Shown in pieces: positions 37,160-49,954 of a DNA stretch of 64,000 nucleotides (position 1 is the stretch's first letter; each line of letters starts with the position of its first letter). The notes under the pieces were generated by a model. That model ran no database searches. It had not been told where the DNA came from and was given only the letters and a program-made list of their open reading frames with translations. The DNA is taken from assembly GCA_024137785.1 (NCBI GenBank), contig JAHRHZ010000042.1:23673424-23737423 (forward strand), in the 5' to 3' direction. The stretch comes from Ginglymostoma cirratum (taxonomy: Eukaryota). Position numbers and translations under genes: made by a program.

Positions 37160-39085
37160 GATGTGCAAATAACCGGGAAGACCAATAAGGAGCATTTAGA
37201 GAACTTGTGCAAAGTCCTAAGACATTTCTCCTAGGTGGGTGTTTGCCTTAGAAGGGAACAGTGTGTGTTCCAGGTACCTCAAGTCAGCGACTTGGGCTAC
37301 AGAGTTAACAGGATTGGGTTAAACCCATTGGAAGATAAAGCAAGGGTGATTAAAGGTGACCTTGCTCCCACGTTTGTACTGGAGCTTAGTTCCTTCCTTG
37401 GCCTGGTGAATTATTACGGGAAGTTCATACATAACCGGGCCTCCATCCTGACACCTTTGCATCAACTCTTAGTAAAAATGGAGTGGCCTTGGAAATGATT
37501 GCATAGCCAAGCCATAGCTTTCAGGGAAGTGAAGAAACAGCTATCATCCTTTAAGGTGTTGGCACACTATGATCCCAAGCAAGATCAGGTATTGATATGC
37601 ATTGCCCTTCTGTATTGCATCGGGGTAGTATTAGCTCATAGGTGGCCCAATGGAAAGGAATACCCAATACAGTACACATCCAGAACTTTGGCTAATGCAG
37701 AGTATAAATATGTCCAGATGAATAAATGGCGGTCATATTTGAAGTCAGGAAGTTCCACCAATACTATAAAGACATAAATGTCTAATAAAAATAGACCATA
37801 AACCCCTGGTAGGTTGACTTAAAGAGGATCAGGCAGTGCTGCCCATAGCTTCAGGCTACATTCAGTGGTGGGCTGTCATACTAAGTGCCTATAATTACAA
37901 ATTGGAACACGGTCCGGGAGGCCATGTAACGAATGTGTATGCTTTGAGCTGCTTCCCGCTGGCAAATATATTATTGGTGGTTGCAATACTGGAAGAAACT
38001 GTAATCGTTTTAAATTTCTGGACACACTTCCAGTCACAGCTGACAATATCAGACTTTGGACATGGAAAGATCTGGTCCTGGCAAAACTGAAAGAGTTGGT
38101 AGTGATGGGGAAAACCAAAGGGCTGTCAGAACCAGAATTAAATCATTTTTGTACCCAGAGACACTAGATCACAGCAGTGGGCAGAATATTATTGTGGGAG
38201 CAGGAGTGATTTTTCCAAGCAAAGGTTGTGGCCAGACAATGGCTGAACTCCGCCAGGGTCATCAAGGGGTTTCCAAAATGAATACGGTGGTGAGAAGTTA
38301 TGAACGGTGGCCAGGATTAGATGCAGACATAGCTGCGTTAGTCGGATAAAAATTACCGCCAGCAGCTCCCTACATTCGTACGAATGGAGGAATAAACCCT
38401 GGAATTGGTTACACATCGACTATGCACATCCTTTCATAGGCTCAATGTTCTTAGTCACTCAAAGTAGTTGGATGTGCGTAGAATCAATTCGTCAAACATG
38501 GGGACAGTGTTAGAAAAGCTGCATGCATCTTTGCAATACATGGACTACACACAATGCGTCATCGTTTACCAGCAGGGAATTGCAGTATTTCCTGAAGCTG
38601 AATGGCGTTCATCAGATAAGAACAGCTTCATTCCCTCCATCATCCAATGGCCTGGCAGAAAGTGCAGTCCAAACTTTGAAGGCAAGCTTGAAAGAACAGC
38701 CCACAGCTTCACTAAATACTAAACTGTCTGGTTCCTGTTTGATTTTAGGACCACCCCTCATGCAACTATAGGGATAGCTCCAGGAGAGCTGCTAATGGAG
38801 ACAAGACTCCACACCAGGTTAAATCTGATCTTCCCGGATCTGGGTGGGAGGGTGAAACAGCATCAGAAACACCAATGCCAGACACAAGACTCTGCCAAGT
38901 GGAGTTTACTTCAGGAGTTGAAGTTTGGTGTGGGAACCATGGGAATGGCTCTGCATTGGTAAGAGGCATGGTCAGTGTGTGGTTAGGTCCAGAGACATAT
39001 AAAGCTCAGGTAGGTGCGATGGTCCTGAACAAGCATGTGGACCATACAAGAGCTGCAAACTTGCAAATGGTATGGGAGCAAAATG
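37160..39085 (+). mobile_element. Degenerate Ty3/Gypsy pol (RT C-terminus, RNase H, integrase)
   Basis: ELSSFLGLVNYYGKFI, VLAHYDPK..IGVVLAH..PIQYTSRTL, WAVILSAYNYKLEH, HQGVSKM..VRSY.RWPGLDADI, PWNWLHIDYA, FTSRELQYFLKLNGV..PSSNGLAESAVQTLK. Confidence 0.93.
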
Positions 39086-42000
39086 TGCCCAAAATGTGCA
39101 AAATGTATCATGCATCCTGCCAAACGATTCTATGGTCAAATTTACAGAAACATGAAAAGTCCAGCATCAACTTGGTGCAGAGTTTTGTGTTAACAGCATG
39201 GTGTATCCTTTCCAGCATGGACTTGGTGACAACTCCTTTTGCATACCTGTGGACCCAAGGATTATTCTATGTCTGATGGCTGATATCACAGCTTCCATGG
39301 CAGCAACATGTGTGGTTGTGTGCGTCTGTCTGTATCTATCTGTGTGCGTGTGTGTTCCAGTGGAAGCTCAGACTGCTGTCATGCAAAGACAGAATGCTGT
39401 CAGCTTAGCTTTGGATGACAATGTGCAAAGGATCTTGCAGAGGGTCAGCACTTTATAGTGAAATGGGAAAAAAGGACAGAACAGGTTTTCTGGTAATCAC
39501 AGGAATGTGCTTACAGCTAGATGTGAACATGTTATGATATGATTGAATATAATGTTTACTAACTTGAAATATAGACTGTATAAACACTGTTGGATAGAGA
39601 TATGAGTGAGTAAATGTGTAATATTTTGGTTGGAAATTATTATCTGTAGGAAGAGCTGATTGGAACTTTGTCATTGGTAAAAATAGTAAAAAATCCTTTG
39701 TTTTGTAATATAGTTTGAGCAATATACCATCTTTTGATAATGTACGTCTCCCATGCGTACATGAATGAACATTTACGTAAAGAAACCTAAGTCTTGTTTG
39801 ATTTAAAAAGGGTGTAAAGGGTTAAAATCACCCTTTCAACAAGAATGGCTGAGATGCTAATATGATGGAGCGTCTCTCACAGGAAGACAACATTGATTCT
39901 CCCAAACTGGCCACTCCTCCATTGTCCTTGCCTTGCCTGCCAGATAACCAGCTGAGATTATCATCACCCCCTACAGAGATAGTCTAATCTCTAGCCAGCC
40001 CTTTCAGACTCAGTGCTGCCAAAGTTTTTGTTCTTCAACGGCAAATGTATATGCCTTCACTGACAGTCAGCAGTCTTTGACCAGCCATGCTGCAAACTCA
40101 GAGATGGAAATATGGAGCAGCTTTCAGGCAGAAAAAGATGCAAGAAATACACGCACACATCTGGACAGAGAGGAAGTCAAATCCCTTTCTGTGGTTGTAT
40201 AGGATAGAGTTGCTTACAGATACCACAAATCGATTTTGTCCACAGTCAACAGCACTCTGCATTGTTGGGAAACCTGCTGTCTGATGAAACCCCAGTTTTG
40301 CTCTGCCCGCCCATCCCTGACAAGAGGGAAAGAAACATGTTTCAATCTTTTTGCGTAGAGAACCTCAGTGACCTCCTGCGTGTAACAGTGGATGGAAGAT
40401 TGCCATATGCTGTTAATATCACCCGGTTTCAGCCTGGAAGGCGTGTCAAGGTTCATTGCCCTGTGAAAGTTAAGGCAACCATTGGGATGCCCAACTTTTA
40501 GCTTAAAGTTGTGGGCTATTTCCATGGAACCATCTGCATTGAAGCACAGATAGACAAATTTGCCCTCCAGTCAGATTGGCATCCAAGCTGAGTTTGAGGC
40601 CTGATCCAAGAAGAAGGTGGTGCATGGATTTAGTAGGGCTGGTTTGTGGTGAAGGACTGTCAGAGCTGTTAGGAGAGAGATTTGAAGACAAGTTGGGTGG
40701 AAGATGGGAGTGGGGTTAAAATCATAGTCCTTGGGTTGAGGAGACATCTGAGACTTCAAGCAAAATCACAGATTTCATGGGTTGAGAGTGAAGTCCTAAT
40801 ATTCTAGAAGGGATTTTCAACCAAAAGGAGCAGAGATCATCAGAAATGATTGGACTGATTGGGATTGTGCATCTAATTGAGGGATGTTGTTGAAGCAAGC
40901 ACAGTCGATTCAGCAGAGCAATGGAAAGGCATTTACTCCCTGGATCCAAAAGTCCATGCCTTCCATTAGCCAACAGTTTCCCGCAGCTCAGAAAACCCGG
41001 CTATTCAGATTTAAATTTACAGTAATATGTACCAATGTTGGCACTCATATGGTGTCCAGTTTGCTTTATTATATAAGTTTCTGTATGCACAGCAGAGACT
41101 AACTTGGAGCTGCGAGGCACTTTGTAGCATGTGAAAAAAATGTACTAATGAAACCAATTTCTCAGCCAGTATCTTTAACAACACAATTAGTTGCAGCCCA
41201 GTGGAAAATGTGTTTACATAACCTTGAACTCATTAAAACAAGACAGAAGGAACAAGAAGCCACATTCTTTGGAATATTAAACAGCAAAGGTTTTAGGAAG
41301 AGAGTGATGATTTCAACTGTTCATTGCACTTAGATCAATTTAAATCAGAGGGTTACAGAGATCTAAAGGTGGAAGGAATGGGGCAGAAAAACAACTTTAA
41401 AATGTGTCTGTTTTAATCAAATAAGGTGACTCACTTTCTCTAATTATTGCTGTATTTTCAGAAATTAATGGTAGCAAGTTGGACTGGTTGAAGAGAATCT
41501 GAGGAGCAGACTTAACTAAAAATGTACTGAACCTGGCAACAGAATAAAATGGGAAGTACAATGTCTAAATTGTATCCTTCTATTTAGAATTCTCTAATAA
41601 AACAATCAGATATCTGTTGAGGTCAAATTAAGAAATGATTAATCTGCATCATCCAAGTCAATGCCAGCAGATTCTTATTTATTGACTGTATAATGAAACC
41701 AGTAATGCTACATGTCCACAAAATGTTTTTATTTTCATTGACATGCACCAGTGTGCAGGAAAGTACTTGGGTCTCTAAATATTTTATTTGCTTGGCTTTC
41801 TCCTGCCTGTAATTTTGCACCGCAGCATTGCATCTGAATGAACACAGAGTGGGAATTTATAACTGGCAACTGTGACCATCTCAACAACCTACAATTGTGC
41901 ATCCATAGAGTGAAATATCCACCTACACAATTTTACAGCAAAGTCACATCCAAATGGAACTTGATTCTTAGGCCTGATTATAGGTTGTCAGCTCTTACAC

Positions 42001-43300
42001 CATTCAGCAATATAAAATGTATTTTTTAAAGATAGTGGGGGAAAAAAGGGTTAACAAGACTTGGCATTATATTCACTGCGTAGAACATTCAGGAACCAAT
42101 TTGTGTAAACAAATTCCAACATGATAACTGTTCTTACAGAGACAGGGCTCCTTATATTCCAGTTATTTTCCACTTTTGGTGAAATGCTTATCATAGACTA
42201 ACTACATTTTTTTTTAGAAATGATCAAAATGTAAAGGGCAGAGCAAGTCTCCTTTAATTACATAGCAATTGGTTAGGAAATTTTAGTTGAGCAATACCAA
42301 ACTGTATTATTTAATTTAGTACCATATCTATATTTAATATAGTTGAAAGGAATTAAGTCACAAATCTCTACATTTTATTAAATCTAACATTAAATTAGAT
42401 AACTCATGGAATTATAAAAAGGCAGCACTGTCTCTTTTTCACAAGCAAACAGAGAGAAAACAGAACCCCAATAGCTTCCATCAAAGAAAGTAATCTTGGA
42501 GAGCAAGGTGTGTAAGATAAACAAGCCTGTGGTTCATTGGACAGGAATGGGTCCCTCATCATTTTTCTTCATCTAATTAACCATTAATGTTAGCTAAAGT
42601 ATTTTTCATCCAAGTATAATATGGACTAAAATTATTCTTTTGCAAAAGTTTTGTCCTTGCATATTATCCTTTTTGGGGGACCAGGAAATGGAAATGGAGT
42701 AACAAAGGGACACAATGAATATTATATGATTACTTACATGATGAAAATGAAAGAAGATAAAAAGCAGAACACGCCAAGTCCCCATGAGATTGAAAGAACA
42801 GACAGAAATGGAACAAAATAATAAGTTAGTTGAACAGCAACAAACACACCACCTGGGGTACCACTTTTCGCACTGACAGGGTATCATTAACATGAATTCC
42901 AATTGAATACTTCTGAAAGTTGAAATAGCTGTAATCTAGCCCAGAGCACCAAAGTAGTTCATCTGTTTGGTTTCCATTTTCTGTCTCTGAATCAAATGAT
43001 GTCGACATTCTGGCATGAATGGTGACAGGAGATTGGCCAATGTTGCACTTGCATGCAATGTCATGTGACTACATTCCTGGTTTCAGTTACAAATTTATGA
43101 CAAATAAGTTTTCCAGTGGGAGAAGATTATTAAACAAAAGTGAAGTCCTGCCATTCTAGTGCATTTATGAATGGGGCATTTCTAGTTCCAGTGAAAGTAT
43201 GGTACAAAATGAAGGCACAAGAAAACAAAAACAGCAGAATTAATTAGTGAAATTATACTGCACAATTCTAATGTGTGAAAGTGTGATATATCCATCTAGT

Positions 43301-43445
43301 ATCATGGAATCCCTACGGTGCAGAAAGAGGTTATTCAGCCCATTGAGTCTGCATCCAGTCTCTGAAGGGCATCCCACCCAGATCCAGCCCCCTACCCTAT
43401 CCTCGTCACCCCACATTTATCATTGCTAAACCATCCAATCTGTAC
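43301..43445 (-). mobile_element. HE1/V-SINE 3' fragment
   Basis: atcatggaatccctacggtgcagaaagaggttattcagcccattgagtctgca, the reverse of the 3' end seen at ~56540-56591. Confidence 0.75.
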
Positions 43446-44078
43446 TTTTTTTTGTCTGCTGTTTATTATTTTAAATGGCTTATTGGGCTAGATGTCCAGT
43501 TCGATGCGGAGGTGGGCTTCTGTGTGTCCATGCCTGGATCCTGTGCTTTGTCCATGGAGAAAGCACCATCATTTCTATTTTGATTGAAATGGCTGATTAA
43601 AAACATTGACACTTGAAGAGAATCTACACCTGAAAGTACATCTAATACTTGCTCCCTAACATTGATTGAGAGACAGTTTGTTTTGAAATTTAAATGAAAA
43701 CCTTCTGTTTTTTGTCTTTCCAGAAGTGCAGGCTATTTTTATTAACAGCTGTGGCCAATACCAATGCTTGGGTGAACGTCAAGTGCTAAAGTAAGTCTTC
43801 CATTCGACTGAGAATAAATAGCAGGTTCAAGAAGTTCTAATTACAGGTTGTCGCTTTGAAATTGTTTTGAAGGAGTTTACACAAGCCAATGGGAGTACAG
43901 CATGACAAAGTTTTTTCACATGGCAGAATACATTTTCTTCTCAGTATCAATGAATGGAGACTTCTTTAAGATGGTGAGGCGTTTATTTGTTTTTCCAAAG
44001 GATGTAAAATATTTTTCATTAATAGTGCATGGAATTTGACTATTGTACATACTGCATACCAGGTGAGTCATTATAGAA

Positions 44079-44227
44079 ATAAAAACAGAAATTGCTGGAA
44101 ACATTCAGCAGGTTTGGCAGCATCTGTGGAGAAATCTCTTGACAAATGCCACCAGACATGTTGAATTATGCCAGCAATTTCTGTTTTCTTTTAGATTTCC
44201 AGCATTTGTAGTTTTTTTTTGTTTAGG
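44079..44227. mobile_element. Short palindromic Penelope-like pLTR insertion with 12-bp TSD
   Basis: Arms aaaacagaaattgctgg..cagcatctgt and acaaatgcc..ccagcaatttctgtttt. Perfect gtcattatagaa at 44067-44078 and 44228-44239. Confidence 0.8.
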
Positions 44228-46535
44228 GTCATTATAGAAGATAAATGTGAGCATGGAGATGGCCTGGGTGATCTGAAGTGTCATGAAAGTTATGCAAGGA
44301 ACACAGGAAATGGCATGGGATGCCATGAATGATCTGGATGGGTACGGACATTACATGTAACAGAGGTGGCATGCGGTTACATGGTAATTTGGTGGGGCAT
44401 GGCCTAGTGTGCAATTGTGAGGAAGTTGGTGAGAAAGAAATGGGTGACGTACAGTTGGAAAACCTAGGTGGTCCTTCTAAACAGCTTGCCTCCATACCCA
44501 CTGTATGACCCATGAATGACTCACTGTCTGAACTCAACTCCAGTGTGGAAAGGCCAAGCAGCATGGAAAGTCATAAATAGACTGAGTGTGCAGTTTGCAA
44601 GATGCAAAAGTGCGTAACTAATGGTTTCCCATGCCCACAAAAAAAAGGCTCATTATCTCTGTTAGCTCTTTTGTGTATGTTATATCACCCAAAACACCAA
44701 AGTCCAAAAAACTTTACCTATTTCAACAAAGGGATCAAAGGGTGAAATTGCTTCTCTTGCTCATAACTAGATTATGGATAAAATAGAAACCTGTATCAAA
44801 GAAAGCAAGCCTTGTGTTTGGACGAAGAACAGCAACTTTGCTTTCACAATCATGGTTGTGTAGAGGAACATTAATATTAGAAGTGTCCTAAAAATGCAAC
44901 ATTTTTGCCAGTAACATTAAACACAAGAATATTTCTCATTCAGTAGGGTTGGAAAGTAACTAGGCATTTTTCAATCACTTTCTACAGCTTCTTGCTAATG
45001 GTTGAATGAGGGTACTCCATTTATCCTCAGTAAAATATTTTACACTTTTTTGCCCAATTTGCTGCCTCTCCTTCATGGCACAACCTACGGCTAGAGGCTA
45101 GCATACAGAATAGTTTGTGCCAATAACTGGAGTGAAGATATGAAGTGGCATTAACATGATAATTTATATTAAAAAAATGTGACCATCAAAATGTTGAACT
45201 GTGTGTTAAACAAAGGCACAATATCCTGATGAAGAATGTGGAAAGAGCCACGGCTCTTTGTTCAATTATCCTGAGTGATCTCCCTCTCTACAACCTTTGA
45301 AGTTTTAACTGCACATCCTGAAAAGTTAATGCAAAAACTGGGATAGAAATCTTAAATATGAAAAATAATCACACCTACCACAGTAGCTAACAATGATTTT
45401 TGACAGATAAGCCAAGAATATGTTAACCTACATAGCACTGACAAACTTGGCAGTAATTGCTTTATGAGTGTAACTCTCTTCCCTGCCTCGAAGCTACAAA
45501 TGCAGAAACTGTCACTTTTTTTTTTATGATTATATTTTTTTCAAATACAGGATTAAATTAAAAGTTTTTCATACCACCCACTCCAGTGCTTAGAAAATTG
45601 GCTGTGAAGTTATGAATACAAATTTATAACATAGGCTAAACAATAAATAGTGAAACATAACCTAATTAATTGCGATAATTCAAGGTTCAGTGAAATATAT
45701 CAATAGCTTACATTTAGTTCCAATCTCTGAAATTGTTTAACATGAACTGTTTCTAATTCTCACGGGATTATTCATGTGCTAAGATAGTTTAAAAAATGCT
45801 CAATTTCATGTTTTAACTAAACAACTTTTTTTTATATATCTGGGCGTAATGGACCTCTTATAAGCATTAAGTGCAAGAATGCAGCTGACACATGAAGTGA
45901 AGCATACTTTTTTTTCTCAACAATAAGCTGAACTGACAACTGAAAAACAATTTCCACTTCTCCCCCTCCCAGGAGGTACAAAGCATTAAGTGGAAGAGGA
46001 ATTTACTCTGTGCTGATAAAATAGGAGATGCTTTTCTTCAGTGAAATGAGATCGCTGTGAAAGGAGGTCACTTTACTCTTGCTTCTCTCCTTCTTCCAAA
46101 CCTGAGTTCATAAACCCTACCTCAGAAGAAATAAAATATCATTCTGTTTATGATGAAAGGATTTGGCTTGAAGCAGAAGTGTGGCCCTTCCTTTCCTTTC
46201 ATCCAATGTTTGGCATGAGTTCTGGTCTCTGCACATATGGATTGACAGATCAGAAAGCAAGCTCAGAATTTGTATAAAGTGTTTTGTATTTTGACTGATT
46301 CGAAACTTGCAGTGTAATCCTGGAGGTTTCAAACTGACTGCACAAAGACTGGGGAGGTTTCAGGGCACAGTGGGGGTGTCGGGTTTGGTGATTAGTAAAC
46401 AGCATTTGACAGGAGAGTGCTTTCTATTGACACTGCAAATCCATAACTGTGTTAAACAAGTTGCAAAGCGCCAAGGGGATTTGGTCAGACCTTTTGAAAC
46501 TTTGAGTTTTTGAAAAACAAACATCCTGCTATTCC

Positions 46536-46727
46536 GTGTGGAGCTGGAGGAACATAGCAGGCCAGGCAGCATCAGAAGATCAGGAAAGCTGATGTTTTGG
46601 GCCAGGACCCTTCTTCAGGCCCGACCCGAAATGTCAGCTTTCCTGCACCTCTGATGCTGCCTGGCCTGCTGTGTTCCTCCAGCTCCACTCTGTGTTATCT
46701 CTGACTCCAGCATTAGCAGTTCTTATT
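46536..46727. mobile_element. Short palindromic Penelope-like pLTR insertion with 13-bp TSD
   Basis: Arms gtggagctggaggaacatagcaggccaggcagcatcag and ctgatgctgcctggcctgctgtgttcctccagctccac. Perfect atcctgctattcc at 46523-46535 and 46728-46740. Confidence 0.88.
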
Positions 46728-47110
46728 ATCCTGCTATTCCACTTATATATAAATCAAAGAAGTTGATTGATACTCCAAAAAGAGTATGAAAACATTGAAT
46801 TTCTAAACTATCAGGTTAATAAGTTACATATTTCTTTTAATTTTTCTCCCCTTTAAAACAAAATAGATATTTAGTCTTTCATGTGCAATGCAGAGGAATC
46901 AATTCAACAAAGCCAGATTAATTCTACATATTATAGTCCTTTTTCCCATGGATAGGAAATAAGGTAAATGAACATTTTTACCAATGCAATTAGTGTTATT
47001 GATGTGAGCTGCTCCATCAACGCTCTGGAATTTAATCGCTTTTGACAATGTTCAGATGTCATGTTATAGAAATTAAAAATACATAATATAGGATGCAATG
47101 AACAAATATT

Positions 47111-47390
47111 ATCATAGAATCCCTACAGTATGCAAACAAACCATTTGGCCAAACAAATCCACACTAACCGTTCAAAGAGTATCCCACCCACACCCTCTAT
47201 CCTTGTAACCCTGCATTTCCCATGGCCAATTCACCTAACCTGCTCACCTTTGGACTGTGGAAGGAAGCCATGGCACCTAAAGGAAACCCACACACACAGG
47301 GAGAATGTCACAGACAGTGACCCAAGCAGGAATCAAACCCAGGTCCCTGGTGCAGTGAGGCTGTAGTGCTAACCGCTGAGCCACTACACT
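47111..47390 (-). mobile_element. HE1 (V-SINE), near full length
   Basis: Minus strand gtggctcagcggttagcactacagcctcactgcaccagggacctgggtttgattcc (tRNA head), V-domain cattctccctgtgtgtgtgggtttcc, tail ctgtagggattctatgat. Confidence 0.88.
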
Positions 47391-47824
47391 GCTCAGCTTT
47401 AACAGGTGGCATGGAGCTTTAACTGGAGCATTTTATGGAGCTTTAATGGATGCACCTTATAATTAGCAGAAGATTTGCAAAACCTTCCTCCAACACGTCG
47501 AATGAGTTGAACTGAGTTCATGATAAAGTAGCTTGCATATAGTCTGTAAGCCAAAACTCAAAATAGCAATATTTTATTTCAATCAAATAGCCTTGTGTCA
47601 GAGTGGAAAGCATTCTCGTCCAAAATGCAATCATTCAGATGCATTTATTCCTTTCAAGTATACATTTGTGAGCTCATTTTTTGCAATAGTTTGTAATTTT
47701 GCTCATGTCTTTGCTTGCTTTGTTTCCTTTGCTCGCCTAATTGGAATTACATTTTTGTTTTGGCATGGTAACAAATTAGAACTCTGCGTCTGCTGGTTAA
47801 CTTAAATTTATAATAACACAGACC

Positions 47825-48051
47825 TGTCATAACTTCAGGGAGGTCAGTATCTTGTCATCAAGTCACATTTTATTTACACGTGGAGAGTCCATGACACTGA
47901 TCCATCTTCCTCAGAGCCAGCTCTCAGAGTGAGCAGGATGTCTGACACTCCTGTTCAGCTAGGGCTCCCTGATTGGACCAGATTAACAGCCCCAATCAGG
48001 GAACTCATATTCTATGAGGTCCATCTGACTAACCTTTTAAAAATCATCACA
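47825..48051 (-). mobile_element. Solo LTR (227 bp)
   Basis: TGT...ACA termini, perfect 5-bp TSD agacc (47820-47824 and 48052-48056), internal AATAAA on the minus strand. Homologous to 57540-57647. Confidence 0.88.
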
Positions 48052-48694
48052 AGACCCATCCTCAATTCCCTTATAAACAATCACTATTTATTCTTTACAA
48101 TTAAAAGTACTTTTAAAAATATAAGTTGATAGATCATAAACTAAGCTTTGGATAAACCAAGCAAAATGATCTTTTAAAACAGCTGGAGATCAGTTTCCCT
48201 ATTGTGCTCGTCTCCATTTTCTGACATAATAAGTTTCCTTGCAGTCTAATGGAATTGTCTCATATTTAAACAATACCAATGGCAGATGGACAAATAGATT
48301 TCAGCTAACCGCCCCAATAATGCTTGATACTGAATGAGAAGAAAGTAATTTGACTGAACCTTTACATTGTATAATTTAAGACAATTGGAAGAAATGAGAT
48401 CAGCAGTACAATAGACCAATTTGGCTTCGGTATCCAAGTATTGTGCAGAATAATACTATAGTCAAAAAAACACATTTTTGTTTTGTTTTAAAGACAATTA
48501 TTTCACTCCTCTTGTTGCAATTAGTACGAAATTATTCTCAAGATGTTGGCAATAAAATTACAATTTGTTGTTGGCTCTTTGTTTCCAAAAAAATACGTTT
48601 TAATTCTGATAAGCCCCTGGCAGTGCTGAAAGAGGACCCACTCTCATGCAGTAAAGGAGATGCAGCCACAGAAATGACAGTGCTCCGTACTGAC

Positions 48695-48730
48695 CTTGAA
48701 TCTGAGTCGAGCTCGTAGGCTCACTTACTT
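48695..48730 (-). CDS. NTM: NTM 36-nt phase-1 microexon (E)VSEPTSSTQIQ
   Basis: About 70-nt AG-free pyrimidine tract ...ccattttctccgattatag|AAGTAAGTGAGCCTACGAGCTCGACTCAGATTCAAG|gtcagt. Frame-preserving. Resembles the NTM cassette ELNEPTSSTLLQ. Confidence 0.85.
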
Positions 48731-49849
48731 CTATAATCGGAGAAAATGGTGAAGGGGGAAGCAGGGAAGGGAAAGAAATGCAAAAAAATACAGTTTACAT
48801 ATCCTTACAATTATGGCACTGAGCAATAAAGTGAAGCTAATGACAACACACATGCAATAAAATGAACCTGAAACAGAATGAACGTTACACTTTGTTCATG
48901 GTCGTGCCTTTTGGGATTAAACTGGGAGGAATTCTCCAACGTTCTAAGTGGCAACAAAGTGTTAAGTACAATAATTCAACAATTATCACCATGCTATGCA
49001 TATTCCACCATTTCCCTGGCAAATAGCTCATTTTTGGGACTGGAGTGAGACCCTGCACAGACTGCTTTACAAATGAAAGTTTAACACACCAATTCGGGCA
49101 CTGGTCGAGCACGCTTTGGAACACTTGTGTTTTACCGTACTGATCTCCCTGTTTCTTTCTTGCGGTATACCACTGTATACCAATGTATACCAATACCAAT
49201 GTATTTCCTTTGTTTACCATAGGGCAAAGATATTTGAGCTGCCTTTAGTTGCAACTTGCAGCACCACTGAAAAATTGTGTCTGAGGCTCTGTCAGTATGA
49301 CAGAGAATGCAGTGGCTGTAACACAGAGTGCTTCTGATCACAAATTTCAAGATTTAAGAAACAAGATCACTCAGGGCATACAAGTGTTCTTTTGCTTGAC
49401 ATTATTTTTCCTTGTGAAGGAAGGAGAAATGGGGGAGGAGACTGGAATGTGGAGGAAGACAGGCAGAACTTGAAAACCATTCCTGCATAACCTTAGTTAG
49501 TTTCCCGGAAAAGTGCAAAATTTAAATTATTCTCTGCACTATTTACGTACTTGAACAAAGTCAACATAAGGAGTGAAAAATTCCACACGGAGATCTCTAT
49601 ATCTTATGCCTGATATATATCATATATCCTGAAAAAGAGAGACAATTCGTTGAATGTTTTTGTTTTGCACTTGTCAAGGTATTTCGTAAGAAACTCGTAC
49701 CTGCATCCAACATTAGATGTGATTTTGCAATTAGACAACCTTTTATTGGGTGATCCTGTGTGTACAAAGAATTATGCAGATAACGAAGGCTGTTATTCAG
49801 GCTCAGCCTCTGGTGCACGTGCATGTACTGGAAGCTACATTTATTAATA

Positions 49850-49930
49850 TCATGCTGCCAGAGCTGCTGAGCTTTTCCAGCAACTTCTGTTTTTGTTCCT
49901 GATTTACAGCATTCTTCGGTTTTTATTCTG
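49850..49930 (+). mobile_element. Penelope-like pLTR fragment
   Basis: tgctgccagagctgctgagcttttccagcaacttctgtttttgttcctgatttacagcat. Confidence 0.65.
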
Positions 49931-49954
49931 TCCAGTTTAAAATTTGAACAAACC

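Noticed and set aside
42853-42912. Minus-strand AG...GT segment (KYSIGIHVNDTLSVRKVVPQ)
   Set aside because: It has a stop in the required phase 1, a weak donor (gtggtg) and a short pyrimidine tract.
45221-45262. CTGATGA...GAAA-GAGCC-ac-GGCTC-TT hammerhead-like string
   Set aside because: Stem III is good, but stems I and II cannot pair; likely chance.
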